64,000 bases of DNA from positions 3,596,001-3,660,000 of the forward strand of contig JBHGNT010000013.1 of assembly GCA_043228905.1 (NCBI GenBank), in the 5' to 3' direction. Positions within the stretch are counted from its first letter, which is position 1; every line of letters starts with the position of its first letter. The DNA is from Azolla caroliniana (taxonomy: Eukaryota; Plantae; Polypodiophyta). The notes beneath the pieces were generated by a model. That model made no database searches, was not told the origin of the DNA, and saw only the letters and a program-made list of their open reading frames with translations. Of the stretch, positions 25,299-37,899 are shown one piece after another. A program made the translations under genes and the position numbers.

Positions 25299-27179
25299 GT
25301 GCAAAGTTCAATATCGGCCTTCCAACCCAGCTCTTTCATACACTGCAAGGAACGATGCCGCAAGGTAGCCATACAAGGTCAGACCGAGCGCCTCCGTATT
25401 CCAGAACGTGACCACTTAAGACAAGTCCACCAAGGCCAGCGTGATCGCCCGCCAGCACACAAGCAACCACAAATCACCCACGGGGCGGTCGAGGATACCC
25501 TCGACATAGCCGAGGATATCACTCTACGCTCAAAAGAATTCCAGACACGCGAATTCACACCTGCGAAGATCCAAGAATTGTCATCGACATTCTATCACGT
25601 GTCCCATCATACCATGACGATGACCACTCATACACGTAGTTGCACCATCGAAACGATCCTCCACATCCCTCCGGACCCTCAGGACTTACCTCTTCCACCC
25701 TCGACAACCTCTCTTCTCGGTGAAACCCCGCCATCCCCATTTGGCACAACCACCCAACCCTCCCCTCCCATGGTTGCTGATGACATTCTGCAACCTCGAA
25801 CCCATAAAATCGCTCACCCCAACCCACCTTCCGTCGACGATAGGGAACTTGAAACCCCGCTTCCCCCTCCTGAGAAACCTCACCCCCCACAGTCTCCACT
25901 CCTGGTTGTTGGCTCCCAACCACTTCCCAATACCATCTTGACCACCACCTCAACCAGACCCATACTAGCCGCCGTTCCCAATTCCCAGCTATTATAGATC
26001 TAGGTACTAAAGTAAGCTTAAGATAAGGATAAAGCAATGAAAGATAGAAAGGAGAAAGAGAAAGAAGGGTGCCGATCCACCCGACCACCCCCGAGCGAAG
26101 GGATCGAGACGGACTCAAGCCTCGATCGGCGTCCCATACCACCGCCGTGGCGTCAGGTCGTACCTGGTGCTGGCGCGCTCGCTACAAGAGTTGACCCACC
26201 ACACGAGCAGAGTCTCGATGTAGTCAAAAGATGATCAAATGAGGGTAGCTAGACCTCTTATTTATAGCGATACTCAAGGCCCCCAGGCAAGTTCACACTT
26301 GACCTAATGGGTTGTCTCAATCCCGAGGATTAAAAGTAATCCTCCCCTTCTTTACACTCTCATTTAACCCTCACACTTATCCACGTGTATAGATTACTAC
26401 GGTAAATTCTTACCACGGGATATTATATGGTCATGCCCGTAACACCAGCCCCCCACTACCACAATCGCCCACACTATCGCGACACACTCTACCACCCACA
26501 AAACCTTAGACGATATGGTGATAGAAATCCTCAAGATGAATTCCATCGTGCATCGATGCCTCCTCCAAGTCCATGTGCGGGCCCAAGAGATAGCCATCAA
26601 ACAGGAGGATGCCCACACAAGGAACGAAGTCTTACCCGCGGAAGTACGACATGCTCATCATACCAACGTGTGCCAAGCTGCTACCTCGACCTGCTCAAGA
26701 TGGAACTACTTGCTGAACAAACCCGACGCCATGAACTCACCGAAGAGCTCCACCGAACCCAGACAACGTAGCAACACGACCAAGCACAAGCAGCGCAAGC
26801 CCACGCCAACCTCTCTGCCGAGTACGTGCATCTCACCACATAACACCAACTGACCGAAACACAACTTGCGGCTATGACTGTTGACCTCTCTGCAAGGTCT
26901 GAGGCCTTGGCCAACGCCATGGCCACGAATCACATACTCACAAATGAGATTACCGCACTCAAAACTGAAAACGATGCTATGTCTCAACAAGTGGAGGATG
27001 CAAACGAGAGGAATCATTGCCTCCTCATACAACACCATTGCTATTGCACCGAGCTCAAGAAGGACATCACCCAACTTTGTACGACCAAAGCCGCCCTCGA
27101 GCACGCCCTCCTCTCAGTCACGTCCGGTACCTCCACCGTCTCGACCACCCTGTCCACTTGCGTGTTCCCCCGAACATGA
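25299..27179 (+). pseudogene. Element A extra ORF: Pro-rich then coiled-coil protein, split by the solo LTR
   Basis: Removing the solo LTR joins ..AAVPNSQ in frame to PPTTTIAH..MVIEILK; heptad-like segment ~26690-27120 with stops and a frameshift. Confidence 0.6.
25990..26444 (-). mobile_element. Solo LTR related to element I LTRs
   Basis: T(A)TTA...TAACA ends; perfect TSD CCAGC; shares TCCACCCGACCACCCCCGAGC, CGTCCCATACC and ATGAGGGTAGCTA..TATTTATA with the LTR at 57702. Confidence 0.88.
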
Positions 27180-27266
27180 CTTGCGCGCTCTTGGTGTACG
27201 TCACCTTGACATCCCAACTCTCTAAACTCTTCACCACACCACGTACGCCGTGAAATCTTCTCACTC

Positions 27267-27938
27267 ATGCCACGTGCAGGCTTCGGTCGTTATCAGCTAC
27301 ACATCGCATGCTCTTCGATGAACCAACCCCCCCCTGATCGAAAGGTGTTCGTCCGTGTGCTCCCGGAAAACAACCATGCCTTGGCACTATTTATGTTGTA
27401 CCCAAAGTTCACAGATGACCCCCCACCACCAGCAAGTGACCTCTTCCCCGAACCCCTCCCCGCTTTATTTCTCGAAGGCATGTCATACCTTCATACAACC
27501 ATCACACCAGACTTAGAAGTCACTGACTTGGTATGCTTTGCTTACCCTTCTGATGTCACGATGCAAGTCAACGAGGACCGATGGGCTCAACTCTTCACCA
27601 CGCTCTTGCGCCTACACCGAATTGCAGACACCCTAGCTCGTGTCGTGCTTGAGGGCGATACAACCTATGTTCCTCCTTTGGGGTTCCTTTGGTTAATCCG
27701 TGCTTGGCAGAACGCTTGGGATGTTGCAGCCCGTACCCACATATTTAGTATCGAATGTGCCGCATTCAACTGGCCCATAGAACTCGAGGCAAACAACTCA
27801 GAAGGGTTAGACCTGTACCTCGACATCTCTCGTGAGTACCAGCTTATGTCTTTTGACGAGGCCCGCGCACGCGTGCTACTACCCCCAAATCCCACCCACT
27901 CACCATCCGCTTTCAACTCGGAGTGGGACCCTGACTAA
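27267..27938 (+). CDS. Uncharacterised 223-aa extra ORF of element A
   Basis: ATG-initiated, stop-free and of globular composition; lies between INT and the PPT. No family recognised. Confidence 0.55.
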   Translation: MPRAGFGRYQLHIACSSMNQPPPDRKVFVRVLPENNHALALFMLYPKFTDDPPPPASDLFPEPLPALFLEGMSYLHTTITPDLEVTDLVCFAYPSDVTMQVNEDRWAQLFTTLLRLHRIADTLARVVLEGDTTYVPPLGFLWLIRAWQNAWDVAARTHIFSIECAAFNWPIELEANNSEGLDLYLDISREYQLMSFDEARARVLLPPNPTHSPSAFNSEWDPD

Positions 27939-28386
27939 CCCGATGATACCGACCACCACCCATCACCCACCACCCACCCCCTCCCCCACACCACACCCCA
28001 TCCTCACCGCCACCTCCCCCACCTCCCCCCTTCCTCAATACTTCCCCCCTGCCACCTCACACCTCAACAAACACCATGTACCCGATCATGCTCACCTCAT
28101 GTTCGGCTACAACCCCTTCCACACACCACCCCTTGCCCAACCACACTCCCCCCTACCACCCACATATCCCACCTCCCCACCAGTCGATCCTTTCCCATTA
28201 CACACAAGGGTCGTCACACACCCGGGTCGGGCATTCACGGACACCATATTCCGCAAAGCCCTTCCTTTCAACCACCCCCTCGCCCACCTCATGCTCCACC
28301 AATAACTCCCACCTCTCGTCTTCACTACCCCCCCACTGCTCCATGAAACGAGCTCTCGATTCAACGTTGCAACGTTCTATACCGAC

Positions 28387-29004
28387 TTGGTAGACCACTA
28401 CCAACTCACCCATGGCCTCCAAGCCGCTCTCGACTACATCGAACACGGTGAGGGTTGGGACACCTGCCTCGATAGCCAATCTGCAATGCCCATCCCTTGG
28501 GAGTTTGATTTCTGCGACCTTCCCCTCCTACTTACACGTCTCTACACCTATTACCCTGAAGTCGCCACCGAACCCCAAATCAACATCTTCCTTTACCCGC
28601 ATCTTTACCGGGATAATATGTCCACTTGGGCAAATGCTAACCCCCCATCAACTCGAGGTTGGCACCAATCGGTCGTTGCCCCACAGCTTGAGCCACTAGG
28701 GATCCAGCCACCGTGGCGGCTCCCGTGGTTCGAGAAACCGTCATTCCGCGAGTGGATTGCCCTCCATCCTCCAGAAATGCGAACAAACCCCTTTTTCCCA
28801 CTACTACGACATTGGTCATGGCATGAATTTCAGGCAGCTCAAGAACGTTTACCTACCCTACAATTCAACTGGCCCATGTTCCCACGACCCCTTACAACCT
28901 CTTCGATAGAAGCTGGGAAGATCCGTGTCATGCGGCATTTCCTACGTTCATACCTAGACGTCCCTAACCCAACCATCCAAGCCAGTATTTTTTTTTTGCA
29001 ATAG
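28387..29004 (+). CDS. Uncharacterised Trp/Pro-rich extra ORF fragment of element A
   Basis: 205 open codons with protein-like composition; no ATG at the ORF start, so probably part of a longer disrupted ORF. Confidence 0.45.
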   Translation: MVDHYQLTHGLQAALDYIEHGEGWDTCLDSQSAMPIPWEFDFCDLPLLLTRLYTYYPEVATEPQINIFLYPHLYRDNMSTWANANPPSTRGWHQSVVAPQLEPLGIQPPWRLPWFEKPSFREWIALHPPEMRTNPFFPLLRHWSWHEFQAAQERLPTLQFNWPMFPRPLTTSSIEAGKIRVMRHFLRSYLDVPNPTIQASIFFLQ

Positions 29005-29470
29005 TTGTTAATTCTCCTCGACTCCCCTCCTTATGAGACCCCCCGCATTCAAGTAGTGCCACCACCCATCGTGGGGTCTCGCCTTCGATTTGAATAAAGG
29101 CTCAACACGTCGTCAACTGGTTGGTCTCTGGACCCGTGTCAACATTCTCCCCACCATCTATGAACAAGATTTTGAAACAATGATTGACACACATTTCTTT
29201 CCTGCTTACATTAGTTTTGGTAGGAACCCCACCTCCCCTCTTCCTTCGCCAGCTACAACACTTCAACGTGGCTCGTCGGTCCCAATAAGGATTTCTTCAC
29301 GACGACTAATCAAATGCAAGAGATTCTCTTAACATCCGTTGTCTTCACTACCATCTTTGCCACCGACCACCCCCCGACGAACCACCCTACTCCATCCTTC
29401 TCGCCCTCGACGCCCCAAGCTCACCTCCCACAATGCATCCAGGAGTGTGCACTCATTAGGTTGGGGGGGA

Positions 29471-29913
29471 TGTTAAGTGTTTGGATTGCACCACGATCAG
29501 TCACGAAGAAGAGTGCATCAACAAAGTAGTACGGCTAAAGAAACTATGAAGAAGAAATGGCAAGAGACAAAGGAGCTAACTGGTAGCCAAGTGTGAAAGA
29601 GGCAAACCCTAAATGAAAATATTATATAAACCACATTGTGGTGGCTTTGTAGGGGTTCTTCCATTTTAGTAAAGTTCTCCCTATCGATTAAGAGCTAAAG
29701 CTTCCTCTCCTCCTTCTTGTATCCCTTAAGCTTAAGAGAGATTAGTGAAGTGTTTAGTTAGGGCACACTAATCTCTCTTCTTTGTTGGTGCTAGAACTCT
29801 TAGCAAAGAGGGTTAATAAACATATTCGTTATTCTTATTGTCTATATTCATTACTCTTATTGTCTATGAGAGAGAGTTTGAGAGAGTGAGAGAGATATCA
29901 TGCTTATTAATCA
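29471..29913 (+). repeat. 3' LTR of element A
   Basis: TGTTAA...TTAATCA after a G-rich PPT; TATAAA at ~29625. Confidence 0.75.
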
Positions 29914-29914
29914 A

Positions 29915-30450
29915 TTAATCTTTAAGCGAGTGTGAGGCTCGGAGGTGTCTGACAACCATCTCCTCCCAATTCGACATCAAAAGGATATACGTAGGTCCGA
30001 GCTCCGCAAACGACATCGAGGAGGGTTTAACTCCATCGATACATAGATCCAACACAGTCAATAATTCCACGGGCGGCGGTTGCGGAGGTTGTTGTCTTGG
30101 AATGTGAGAAGGATGGTAGGGTTCAAGGAGGGAGACGTGGAAAACATTGTGAAGCCAAAATGTGGGGGAAGCGCTAACCGGAGGGGCGACTGGGTTAACG
30201 CGCTCGAGGATACGGAAGCGGCCTAGCTTTTTGTAGTCGAGCTTCACACAGGTTGGAAATGCTGAAATGAGGGTGGAAACCATAGTTTGCAAAGAATGGG
30301 GGAACCTTAGTTGAGGCATGGATACTATTATTGTAGGCAAATTCCGCCATGGCAAGGAAGTCCACCCAATCATCTTGCTGGTAGTTGACTATACACTAGA
30401 GGTATTGTTCGAGGATTTGGTTGACTCTTTCAGTTTGGCCATCAGTTTGA
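29915..30450 (-). pseudogene. Chromovirus integrase C-terminal remnant
   Basis: KLDYKKLGRFRILERVN..HNVFHVSLLEPY (GPY/F module). Confidence 0.75.
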
Positions 30451-30779
30451 GGGTGGTGTGCGGTAGACAAGTTGACAGAAGTCCCGAATGTCTTTAGAAG
30501 TTGACGCCAGAAGTCGGAGATAAATTGAGGACCTCGATCAGAAGTGACATCCTCAGGGAAGCCGTGTAATCAGATGACATTTTTCAAAAAAAGATCAGCC
30601 GTCTCCCATTGAAATCTATATATACCTCATTGTATGTATTTTTGTATTTTGATGATGATAATGCTAATTTAATATAGTTACTCATCCCCCATCTTGTGTT
30701 GTTTATAAGTGTATCTCTCTCTCTCTCTCTTCCTCTCACACACATACACACACATATCACTTTATCTTCCACTTATCAA

Positions 30780-31811
30780 CTAATCACATAATTAGGTACT
30801 AATTAATCCTTGCTTAATTACTTACCTAATTCTTAACATTGCTTTATATTGAGACCAACATTCAACGTTGACATTTGCAATATAGTATTCTAGCCTTGCC
30901 CTCTTAACATCTTCCCACTTCATCCTTAATGATTCCACCAACCTTTCCTCAATCATTACATACTGCATAACATTGCCCGAAAGCTCTAAAAGATCATCCA
31001 AACCCCATCTTCTAAACCATTTCGTTATGTCAACAACCCCACTGGATGAGAGAATCTTTCTTTTATGGTTCTTTTGTAGCTTACATCCAACATTCCAAGC
31101 AAGATGTGGTAATCGATGATTCGACATATTCTTGACTTTTGTAATGTATTTATATACTCTTTGGAGTGCCAATAGGTCTATGGGTCAAACACCTGTTCCC
31201 AAGAGCATAACATGGTAAGAGGTAGTGCATTTAACTCCTAATTGCCTCCTTAAAAACATCTTTTGAATTTTCTCGATCTCATTCCATGCATTAAGAGAGA
31301 TGGTGTCACCCGATACTTGCTACTCCATAAAGCAATACTTGAGTTACCATGGCATTGAACAACATTAGTTTTACTTCCCATCCACAAGTATCACTTTGTT
31401 TGCATTGGTTCTCCAAAAGGTAATATGGTTTCTAACCGGCTTGTAGCCTAGAATCAAAGCACGCACTCCATTTATTTGTGGTACCAAGAAATTTAAAGCT
31501 TCGAACAAATTGTATATGTTCACCTCTATAGGGTAATGATGAGGTTGGATGGTTTGCACTACCATCAATTTTTGTTTTCTCCACATTCACTGCTAGTCCA
31601 CTACTATGGCAAAATTCTTCGAGTACGCCCAAGTAAAATTTTGCATACTATCAACATCATATGAGAAGAGTACGACATTATCCGGATATAGAAGCAATAA
31701 GATAACATGTTGCATCAATTTGGGGTGAGAGAGAGAGAGATGGGTCACATATATCATCATATTCGCCATTTGAATTGGTGTGTAGGGTGCCCTTGAGTTT
31801 GGAGTCGTGGT
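30780..31811 (-). mobile_element. 5'-truncated LINE reverse-transcriptase remnant
   Basis: LLLYPDNVVLFS (YADD-like); EEFCHSSGLAVNVEKTK; FKFLG; frameshifted. Confidence 0.8.
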
Positions 31812-32266
31812 TAACAATCGGCAACAATTTAGTTTGAACCGAGGTTTAACGGTTTAAGTTTTTATTAATGGTTGGGTTCGGTTTCAACAGTCAAAAATCG
31901 CGGTTTAAACGGTTTAACGGTTTTTTATTTTTTATTTTTAAAAATTTTAAAAGAATTCTAAAAATTGTTTTCAAACAATCTTTTCAGTTTTAAACCTCAT
32001 TCTCACATTTTAGGAGCATCTTAAAAACTTTAAAAAAAATTTAAAACTGAAATAGTATAAATTTTAAACAATTAAAAATTAAAAATTAAAAATTTGACGT
32101 ATGTTGAAAACCAGAACCTCGCTACGAAGCCGCGGTTTAATGGTGTAACGGTTTGAAAAATGTTTTAACGGTTTCGTGGTTCGGTTTATGTTTCAAAAAA
32201 TTTAAACGGTTCAATTTGGACTCTCTCAAACCGAATCGAACCGAACCGAACCGTTGCCGATTGTTA
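31812..32266. mobile_element. hAT-type MITE upstream of the EIN3-like gene
   Basis: Perfect 14-bp TIR TAACAATCGGCAAC; 8-bp TSD GTCGTGGT/GTTGTGGT; many subterminal AACCG/CGGTT motifs. Confidence 0.9.
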
Positions 32267-32299
32267 GTTGTGGTTGTCTTTAGATCCAATAGATAAAGA

Positions 32300-32470
32300 C
32301 AGATAGATAGATAGATAGATAGGTAGAAGGAGTTCTATACTTTGTAGTAAGTTAGTCATGGCGGTGTTTTTTTTTTTCTTTCGTAACGAAAGCCATCATT
32401 ATTTACGAAACGAAACGAAACGAAATGAAAAGAAAAGAAAGAAAAGAAAGAAAAGAAAGAAAGAAAGATT
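32300..32470 (+). repeat. (GATA)n, (GAAAC)n and (GAAA)n microsatellites in the promoter region
   Basis: Direct inspection. Confidence 0.85.
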
Positions 32471-32876
32471 AGAGTTGTGAGCCCCCACGTCTAGATTCTG
32501 ACCCACCCACCTCCACTTTGGATTCTGATTCCACCCAATCCCCAATCAATTTCTATAATGTCAACGCCATCAAACCTCTTCCATTTCCATTCCATTCCAT
32601 TTCCATTTCCATTTCCATTCAATTCCTTCTTTTCTCCTCTGATCTGATCTCTTCTTTCCCTCTCCTCATTTTCTGATTCCTCATATTCCCCCTGCTCTCT
32701 GATCTGCCCTCCCTTAGTTTTGTGTTTTTGCTTTTTGCTTCTTCTTCTTCTTTTTTGCTTTTGTTTTTTGTTTTTGAGCAACAGATCTTTCTCACCACTT
32801 CCCTAAATCAGATGTTCGTATCGTATCGAATCTCATCACTCTGGTTTACCATCAGTTCCTGCACTCAATCCAACAG

Positions 32877-32893
32877 GTATTCCTTCTACTGTC

Positions 32894-32924
<31 letters not shown>

Positions 32925-33825
32925 GCTACTTATCTATTTCCTGTTTTCATTTTGATTCCATCTCTTTGTTGCTTAACTTTCTTCAATTTATATATATATA
33001 TATACATATCTGTCATTCTCTCTCTTCTGGGTTTTTTCTTTCCTTCTCCTCCTCCTCCTCCTCCTCCTCTTCTAGGGTTTCTTCTTCTTCTCCCCAATTT
33101 TCAATGTTTTCTATTCCCCTTCTTGTTTCTTTCTCTCCCTTCATCATCTAGGGTTTCTTTCTTTCTTTCTTCTTCTACTAGAGTTTCCTTTCTTCTAGGT
33201 TTTTGTCGTTCTTTTAGGTCTTTTGTTTTCAATCTTCTAGGATTTCTTCTTCTTCTTCTTCTTCTTCTTCTAGCTATTTCTTTCCATCTTCCAGGGTTTT
33301 TCACCGTCTTCAAATTTTTTCTCTTCTTCTTCTTCTTCTTCCTCGGTTTCTTTTTCTCGGGGAACCTTTTGCCTGTTTAGTATATCAAATTTTCAGAGCT
33401 TTGTACATGACTTTGTTGGTTGTTGTTGCCTATATATATATATATATATAATATATATCTGTTATTTTTCGTTTTCCCTCAATGATTGACTTAATTTTTT
33501 ATGCTGATGCTGAGATTTTCGCTGTTTATTCACAAGAAAATCTATTGATATAATTGTGGCCAATCGCAAGAAAATGTGTGAATAAAGAGACATTTAATTT
33601 AAACAAAAGGCTTGTATTGGGGTCTTTTCTTTTATATGTCTGCCATGGAATATATAAATGCTACTCCAATTTGTATAGAGAAACATTTATTTTGGTGTGT
33701 TGTTTTTGCAACTGATTTATACATATGTTTCCTGGTGATAAGTTCTCAAATCACATGTATAACTGTGTTCTTTCTTATTGATGATATTACAAAGGTAGTT
33801 TCGAAACAAATCTCTGTACATTCAG
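32877..33825 (+). other. Probable 5' UTR intron of the EIN3-like gene
   Basis: CAG|GTATTC donor at 32877; long pyrimidine-rich body; candidate acceptor TTCAG at 33825 (alternative AG near 33794). Confidence 0.45.
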
Positions 33826-33831
33826 AAGAAG

Positions 33832-35496
33832 ATGATGGACCTGGACCAAAGAGCTCATCATAGAACTTTTGAGTTGGGTCTTGAAGATGAAGGTTCGAGT
33901 GAGAATATTCAGGGAATTGATGTAGAAGAAGAAGAAGAAGAAGATGATGATGATGAAGAAGAGGACATCGATGAGTTAACGAAACGGATATGGAGAGATC
34001 GAATCCGGCTCAAATGCCTGAAAGAGAAACAGAAGACAAAAGCTGATTCTGAGAAGAAACCACAAACATATATAAATCAACCTCAAGAGCAAGCCATGAG
34101 AAAAAAGATGTCTAGAGCACAGGATGGCATTCTCAAGTATATGCTCAAGATGATGGAAGTATGCAAAGCCCAAGGTTTTGTTTACGGTATAATACCCGAG
34201 AAAGGGAAGCCGGTCACTGGGGCCTCGGATAATCTCCGAGCCTGGTGGAAAGAGAAAGTTAAGTTCGATCGGAATGGGCCAGTAGAGATTGCCAAATATG
34301 AGACTGAACATGGACTCTCTAGAGATGTGGAGGGTTCCCTAGTGCCGGCCTCGACGCCCATAACACTTCAAGATCTTCAAGACACTACGCTAGGATCTCT
34401 TTTGTCGGCCCTAATGCCTCATTGTAAACCTCCACAGAGGAAATTCCCCCTAGAGAAGGGTATAGCACCCCCCTGGTGGCCCTCTGGGGATGAAGACTGG
34501 TGGGCCCAGATGGGTATGCAAATCGGCAAAGGAGCTCCACCTTATAGGAAACCCCATGATTTGAAGAAGTCATGGAAGGTTGGGGTGCTTATGGCTATCA
34601 TCAAACACATGCTTCCTGACATTGCGAAAATCCGCGCGGTCGTGAGGCAGTCGAAATGCTTACAAGATAAGATGACTGCGAAAGAGAACTCGACATGGAT
34701 GATGATTTTGAGCCGGGAGGAAGCGCAGCTGCAACTCGAAAGCAATGTGGGTAGTGTGGTCACAACTGAGGATAATGTTGAAGAAGCTTGTTGGGTTGGT
34801 TCAGATGATGCATCGACTTTCCATACGAGTGGACCTAGTAGCGAGGCACCGCATTGCATGGAACCAAATGCAGATCCCTCCACGTATACAAGAGAATTCG
34901 GGGCTTTTGAGACAATTCCTTCACAAATGCCGATTCACCCTCAAACAAGGAGTCATTTCCAAATGTCGAATCATGTACATGGAAACAGGGAACCTGGTAT
35001 GGTGACTATTGGAAAGAAGAGAAAGCAAGTAGGGGATGCTATGTTGGATGATGCATATGCAAAATGCTCATGGCCCTATTCAACAGATGGAAGAAGCCAA
35101 CCTGAAATTCAAAGATCAGAGACCCACTTTGTAGCGGAGCATCTATATGTCGAGAATTTGGGAAACCACTCAATAGTCCTAGGCAATAACAGTTGTGGAG
35201 GCTTGGATGCAAAACATATGGTTGATGCTCGACAAATCTCCGGGCCGAATATTACGTATGAACTAGGATATAATAGAGACATGAATGCTGAAAGGTTGCT
35301 AAATACTGACCTATTGACTTGTGATGGTAAAATGATCGATACACCCTTTAATCCTCCCCCTCATATGGAATCTCAAGGTGAGTTTGATTTTGCTTCGGAG
35401 TATGACACATGTATAAATAATAATCCTGGCTCTTTTGAAGGAGAACTCTATAGCCTCCCTTCCTATGAAGACTTTGTTTGGTTCTTTGGGTCATAA
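33832..35496 (+). CDS. EIN3/EIL: ETHYLENE INSENSITIVE 3-like transcription factor (554 aa, single coding exon)
   Basis: Acidic N-terminus; [61 protein letters not shown]; [14 protein letters not shown]; PPWWP; [11 protein letters not shown]; [14 protein letters not shown]; C-terminal ..WF. Confidence 0.97.
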   Translation: MMDLDQRAHHRTFELGLEDEGSSENIQGIDVEEEEEEDDDDEEEDIDELTKRIWRDRIRLKCLKEKQKTKADSEKKPQTYINQPQEQAMRKKMSRAQDGILKYMLKMMEVCKAQGFVYGIIPEKGKPVTGASDNLRAWWKEKVKFDRNGPVEIAKYETEHGLSRDVEGSLVPASTPITLQDLQDTTLGSLLSALMPHCKPPQRKFPLEKGIAPPWWPSGDEDWWAQMGMQIGKGAPPYRKPHDLKKSWKVGVLMAIIKHMLPDIAKIRAVVRQSKCLQDKMTAKENSTWMMILSREEAQLQLESNVGSVVTTEDNVEEACWVGSDDASTFHTSGPSSEAPHCMEPNADPSTYTREFGAFETIPSQMPIHPQTRSHFQMSNHVHGNREPGMVTIGKKRKQVGDAMLDDAYAKCSWPYSTDGRSQPEIQRSETHFVAEHLYVENLGNHSIVLGNNSCGGLDAKHMVDARQISGPNITYELGYNRDMNAERLLNTDLLTCDGKMIDTPFNPPPHMESQGEFDFASEYDTCINNNPGSFEGELYSLPSYEDFVWFFGS

Positions 35497-36146
35497 TCAT
35501 GGATTGGTATGAGTTTATGTTGTTAAATTGTTTGATGTACAATACAATCCACTAGTTTGGATATACCAATCATGTATTCACAATCATTGGTTGGAGTCAA
35601 AAAAAGGCTCTTTTTGTGCTTTTCTTTAAGACCATATTGTCTTCATTGACCTGGACCATGCATATAAGTTCCAACATGTATCTTTTTGGTTGTAGTCCTT
35701 ATGGTATACAAGGAAGGCTGTAAAAGAAAATGTGAATGCTGAAGTGTTACAAAATGTCAGCCATCAGCTTATAAGGATGGTAAACTAATTGTTACACACT
35801 TTGATCCTTCAAAGGAGGAATTTGAATTTACTTCAAGGCATGCTATAGTCTATCAGGTACACTCTCTTGTTGGGTCTTTCAGAGACTTAGTACCTTGGCT
35901 ATTTGTTGGTTAGTACGGAACTAAATTCAATGTGTTGGATTGTATTGCTAACACTCCCACTTGGGTGGCTAGATTTGGAGCTGTGGAGTTTTGTGGTCCT
36001 TTCAAATCTCTTCATTTATGGGTCCTTTCTTGGAAAGTTTCCCGTCATTTTGTAGTCTATCGCATTAACTCATTCATTCCTTTAAATAATCCTTCATGCA
36101 TTTCGATTTAAAAATTTGGGTTGTTATCTCTGTTGTTTAAGGAAAA

Positions 36147-36297
36147 CTTGTTCTTGGTTATAATATTAAGGGGCAACACCGTATTTAGAATTGACATTTC
36201 ATACATTCTCATGTCCGTTATTTGATGGATACTTGTTCTTTGTGATAATATTAAGGGGCAACCCCTTAATTGGAATAGACATTTGATACATTCTCAA
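36147..36297 (+). repeat. ~65-bp imperfect direct repeat
   Basis: ACTTGTTCTT..ATAATATTAAGGGGCAAC..GACATTT.ATACATTCTCA occurs twice. Confidence 0.8.
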
Positions 36298-37899
36298 GGA
36301 TGAACCTATCAGTTCTTTCTTGGAGTGAACCTTGCAAAATTGCATGGATGTAGGTTTTATCGTCCCACGCTACAATGTTGCTAGGTAGAATACAAAGAGA
36401 CTACAACAAAATAAAAAGAGTAGATCTTATGGAGTAGCCAAAGAGTCTCTAATGAGAAAATTGGTAGGAAGTTGGAGATGGCGATGTTTCACGTTGATGT
36501 CTATGGAGCCTCTGTGATTAACAAAAGCCTAGGATGTATTTGATCGAGGCACTTACATTGTTCGATTTGGTTTATACAAAATTTGGTTTTTTTTAGGGTT
36601 ATTTTTGGGTTCTCTACAATATTTAGTGATCACTAAACACAACTATTACTTTACATTTGGTTTTAGAGAAGTAGGCTAATAGTAATAGTGATAATAAATG
36701 CATAAGTAATCAAATCAATCAATCAATCGGTAAGAATAATTAGATAAGTTACGATGTCATTAGTGAGTCTGAAGATATATTTGTTTCTCTCATGGTTTCA
36801 TGGACAGGAAGTTTTGGTCATTCCATAATGTCTATTTGAACCTCTTCCCCAAGGGAAAAAGCTCCTAGATCCTTAGGAGTCATTGATGGAGTTTGTAACT
36901 ACGTGGGTGAGGCCCATAACAAATCCACATGTAGCCAAGTTCTTATGTGGTCTTTCGTGAGTTGATTGTCTTCGTTTAGTCATGAACACTAGAAAACTAA
37001 ATCCTAGCAAACTTCTCCTCAAATAACCTATTCATGAAGTTATACTCTTGAGGCCTACTGATTTGGCGATCAAGTGGTGGTTGAGCGTCTTGATTTGGGT
37101 GGTGAGCTTTTTCCATGAAGTGAGCGATTCAACTGTGTTCACTTACGTTTGGATGATGACCATGGCCAACCCATCCATGACCCATGAATGAGACATCCTT
37201 GACATACCCATGGGCCATGGCCATCTATATCCTTATCCCAGGATCAACCATATGTTCTCCTAATCATACCATCACTTGTTTAGTAAAAGGTGAAGCATTT
37301 GTATCAATTACAAGACAAATTGGGCATTTAAATAGGTACAACAATGTTGTGCATTTTGGAAATACAAAAATTCTCATTTGTCACTACTAATTTCATACTT
37401 TTTTGGATGGGAAAAACTCGACGAACTCACGTTCCACATCAAATGATTTTTTTTTTAAATGACTAGAATACCGCTAAATCAAATGATTTTTTAATTTTAT
37501 GAGAAGAATAATACTTACTAGCTAAATCAATTTAACACTAACAAATGTTGTTAAACGATTAATAAAATTATTATTAGTATTCATTAGATCCCATAGTTCC
37601 ACTCATTATGCATTGCATTGTTAGCAACTTAGCTCATGTTAATATTTATAATTTGGTTATTGTAGTTATGCTATTGTGAGTGATAATTGTTGCTCATATA
37701 ACAAATAATAATAATTTATACACCCCTCCCATGGCCTCATGATGGAAGTTTTGTTTTTCCAAATGAGTAAATAAATAAATGAGAGGATAGGAAAAGATGG
37801 GGAAGTAGGGCCCTCGAAAAGGTATGACACCAAAGATGCTTGAAGGAGGGGCCAATCCTAGGGTTGTTGCACACCAAAGGGGAAAAGAGTAAGTAGCAA

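Larger units (their letters stand above)
690..29913 (+). mobile_element. Element A: degenerate non-chromovirus Ty3/Gypsy with extra 3' ORFs; 5' LTR not seen; interrupted by B and a solo LTR
   Basis: Domain order gag-PR-RT-RH-INT. Removing B (TSD ATAGT/ATAGC) restores the frame NSKPFI-AANLQPDEETSLIILLAEFRDVFAW. PPT AGGTTGGGGGGGA precedes an LTR at 29471. Confidence 0.85.

Noticed and set aside
32491-33380. Hydrophobic or charged ORFs upstream of EIN3
   Set aside because: Translations of CT/CTT microsatellites in the UTR and intron.
36300-37800. Possible gene or TE remnant downstream of EIN3
   Set aside because: No recognisable motifs, termini or convincing ORF.
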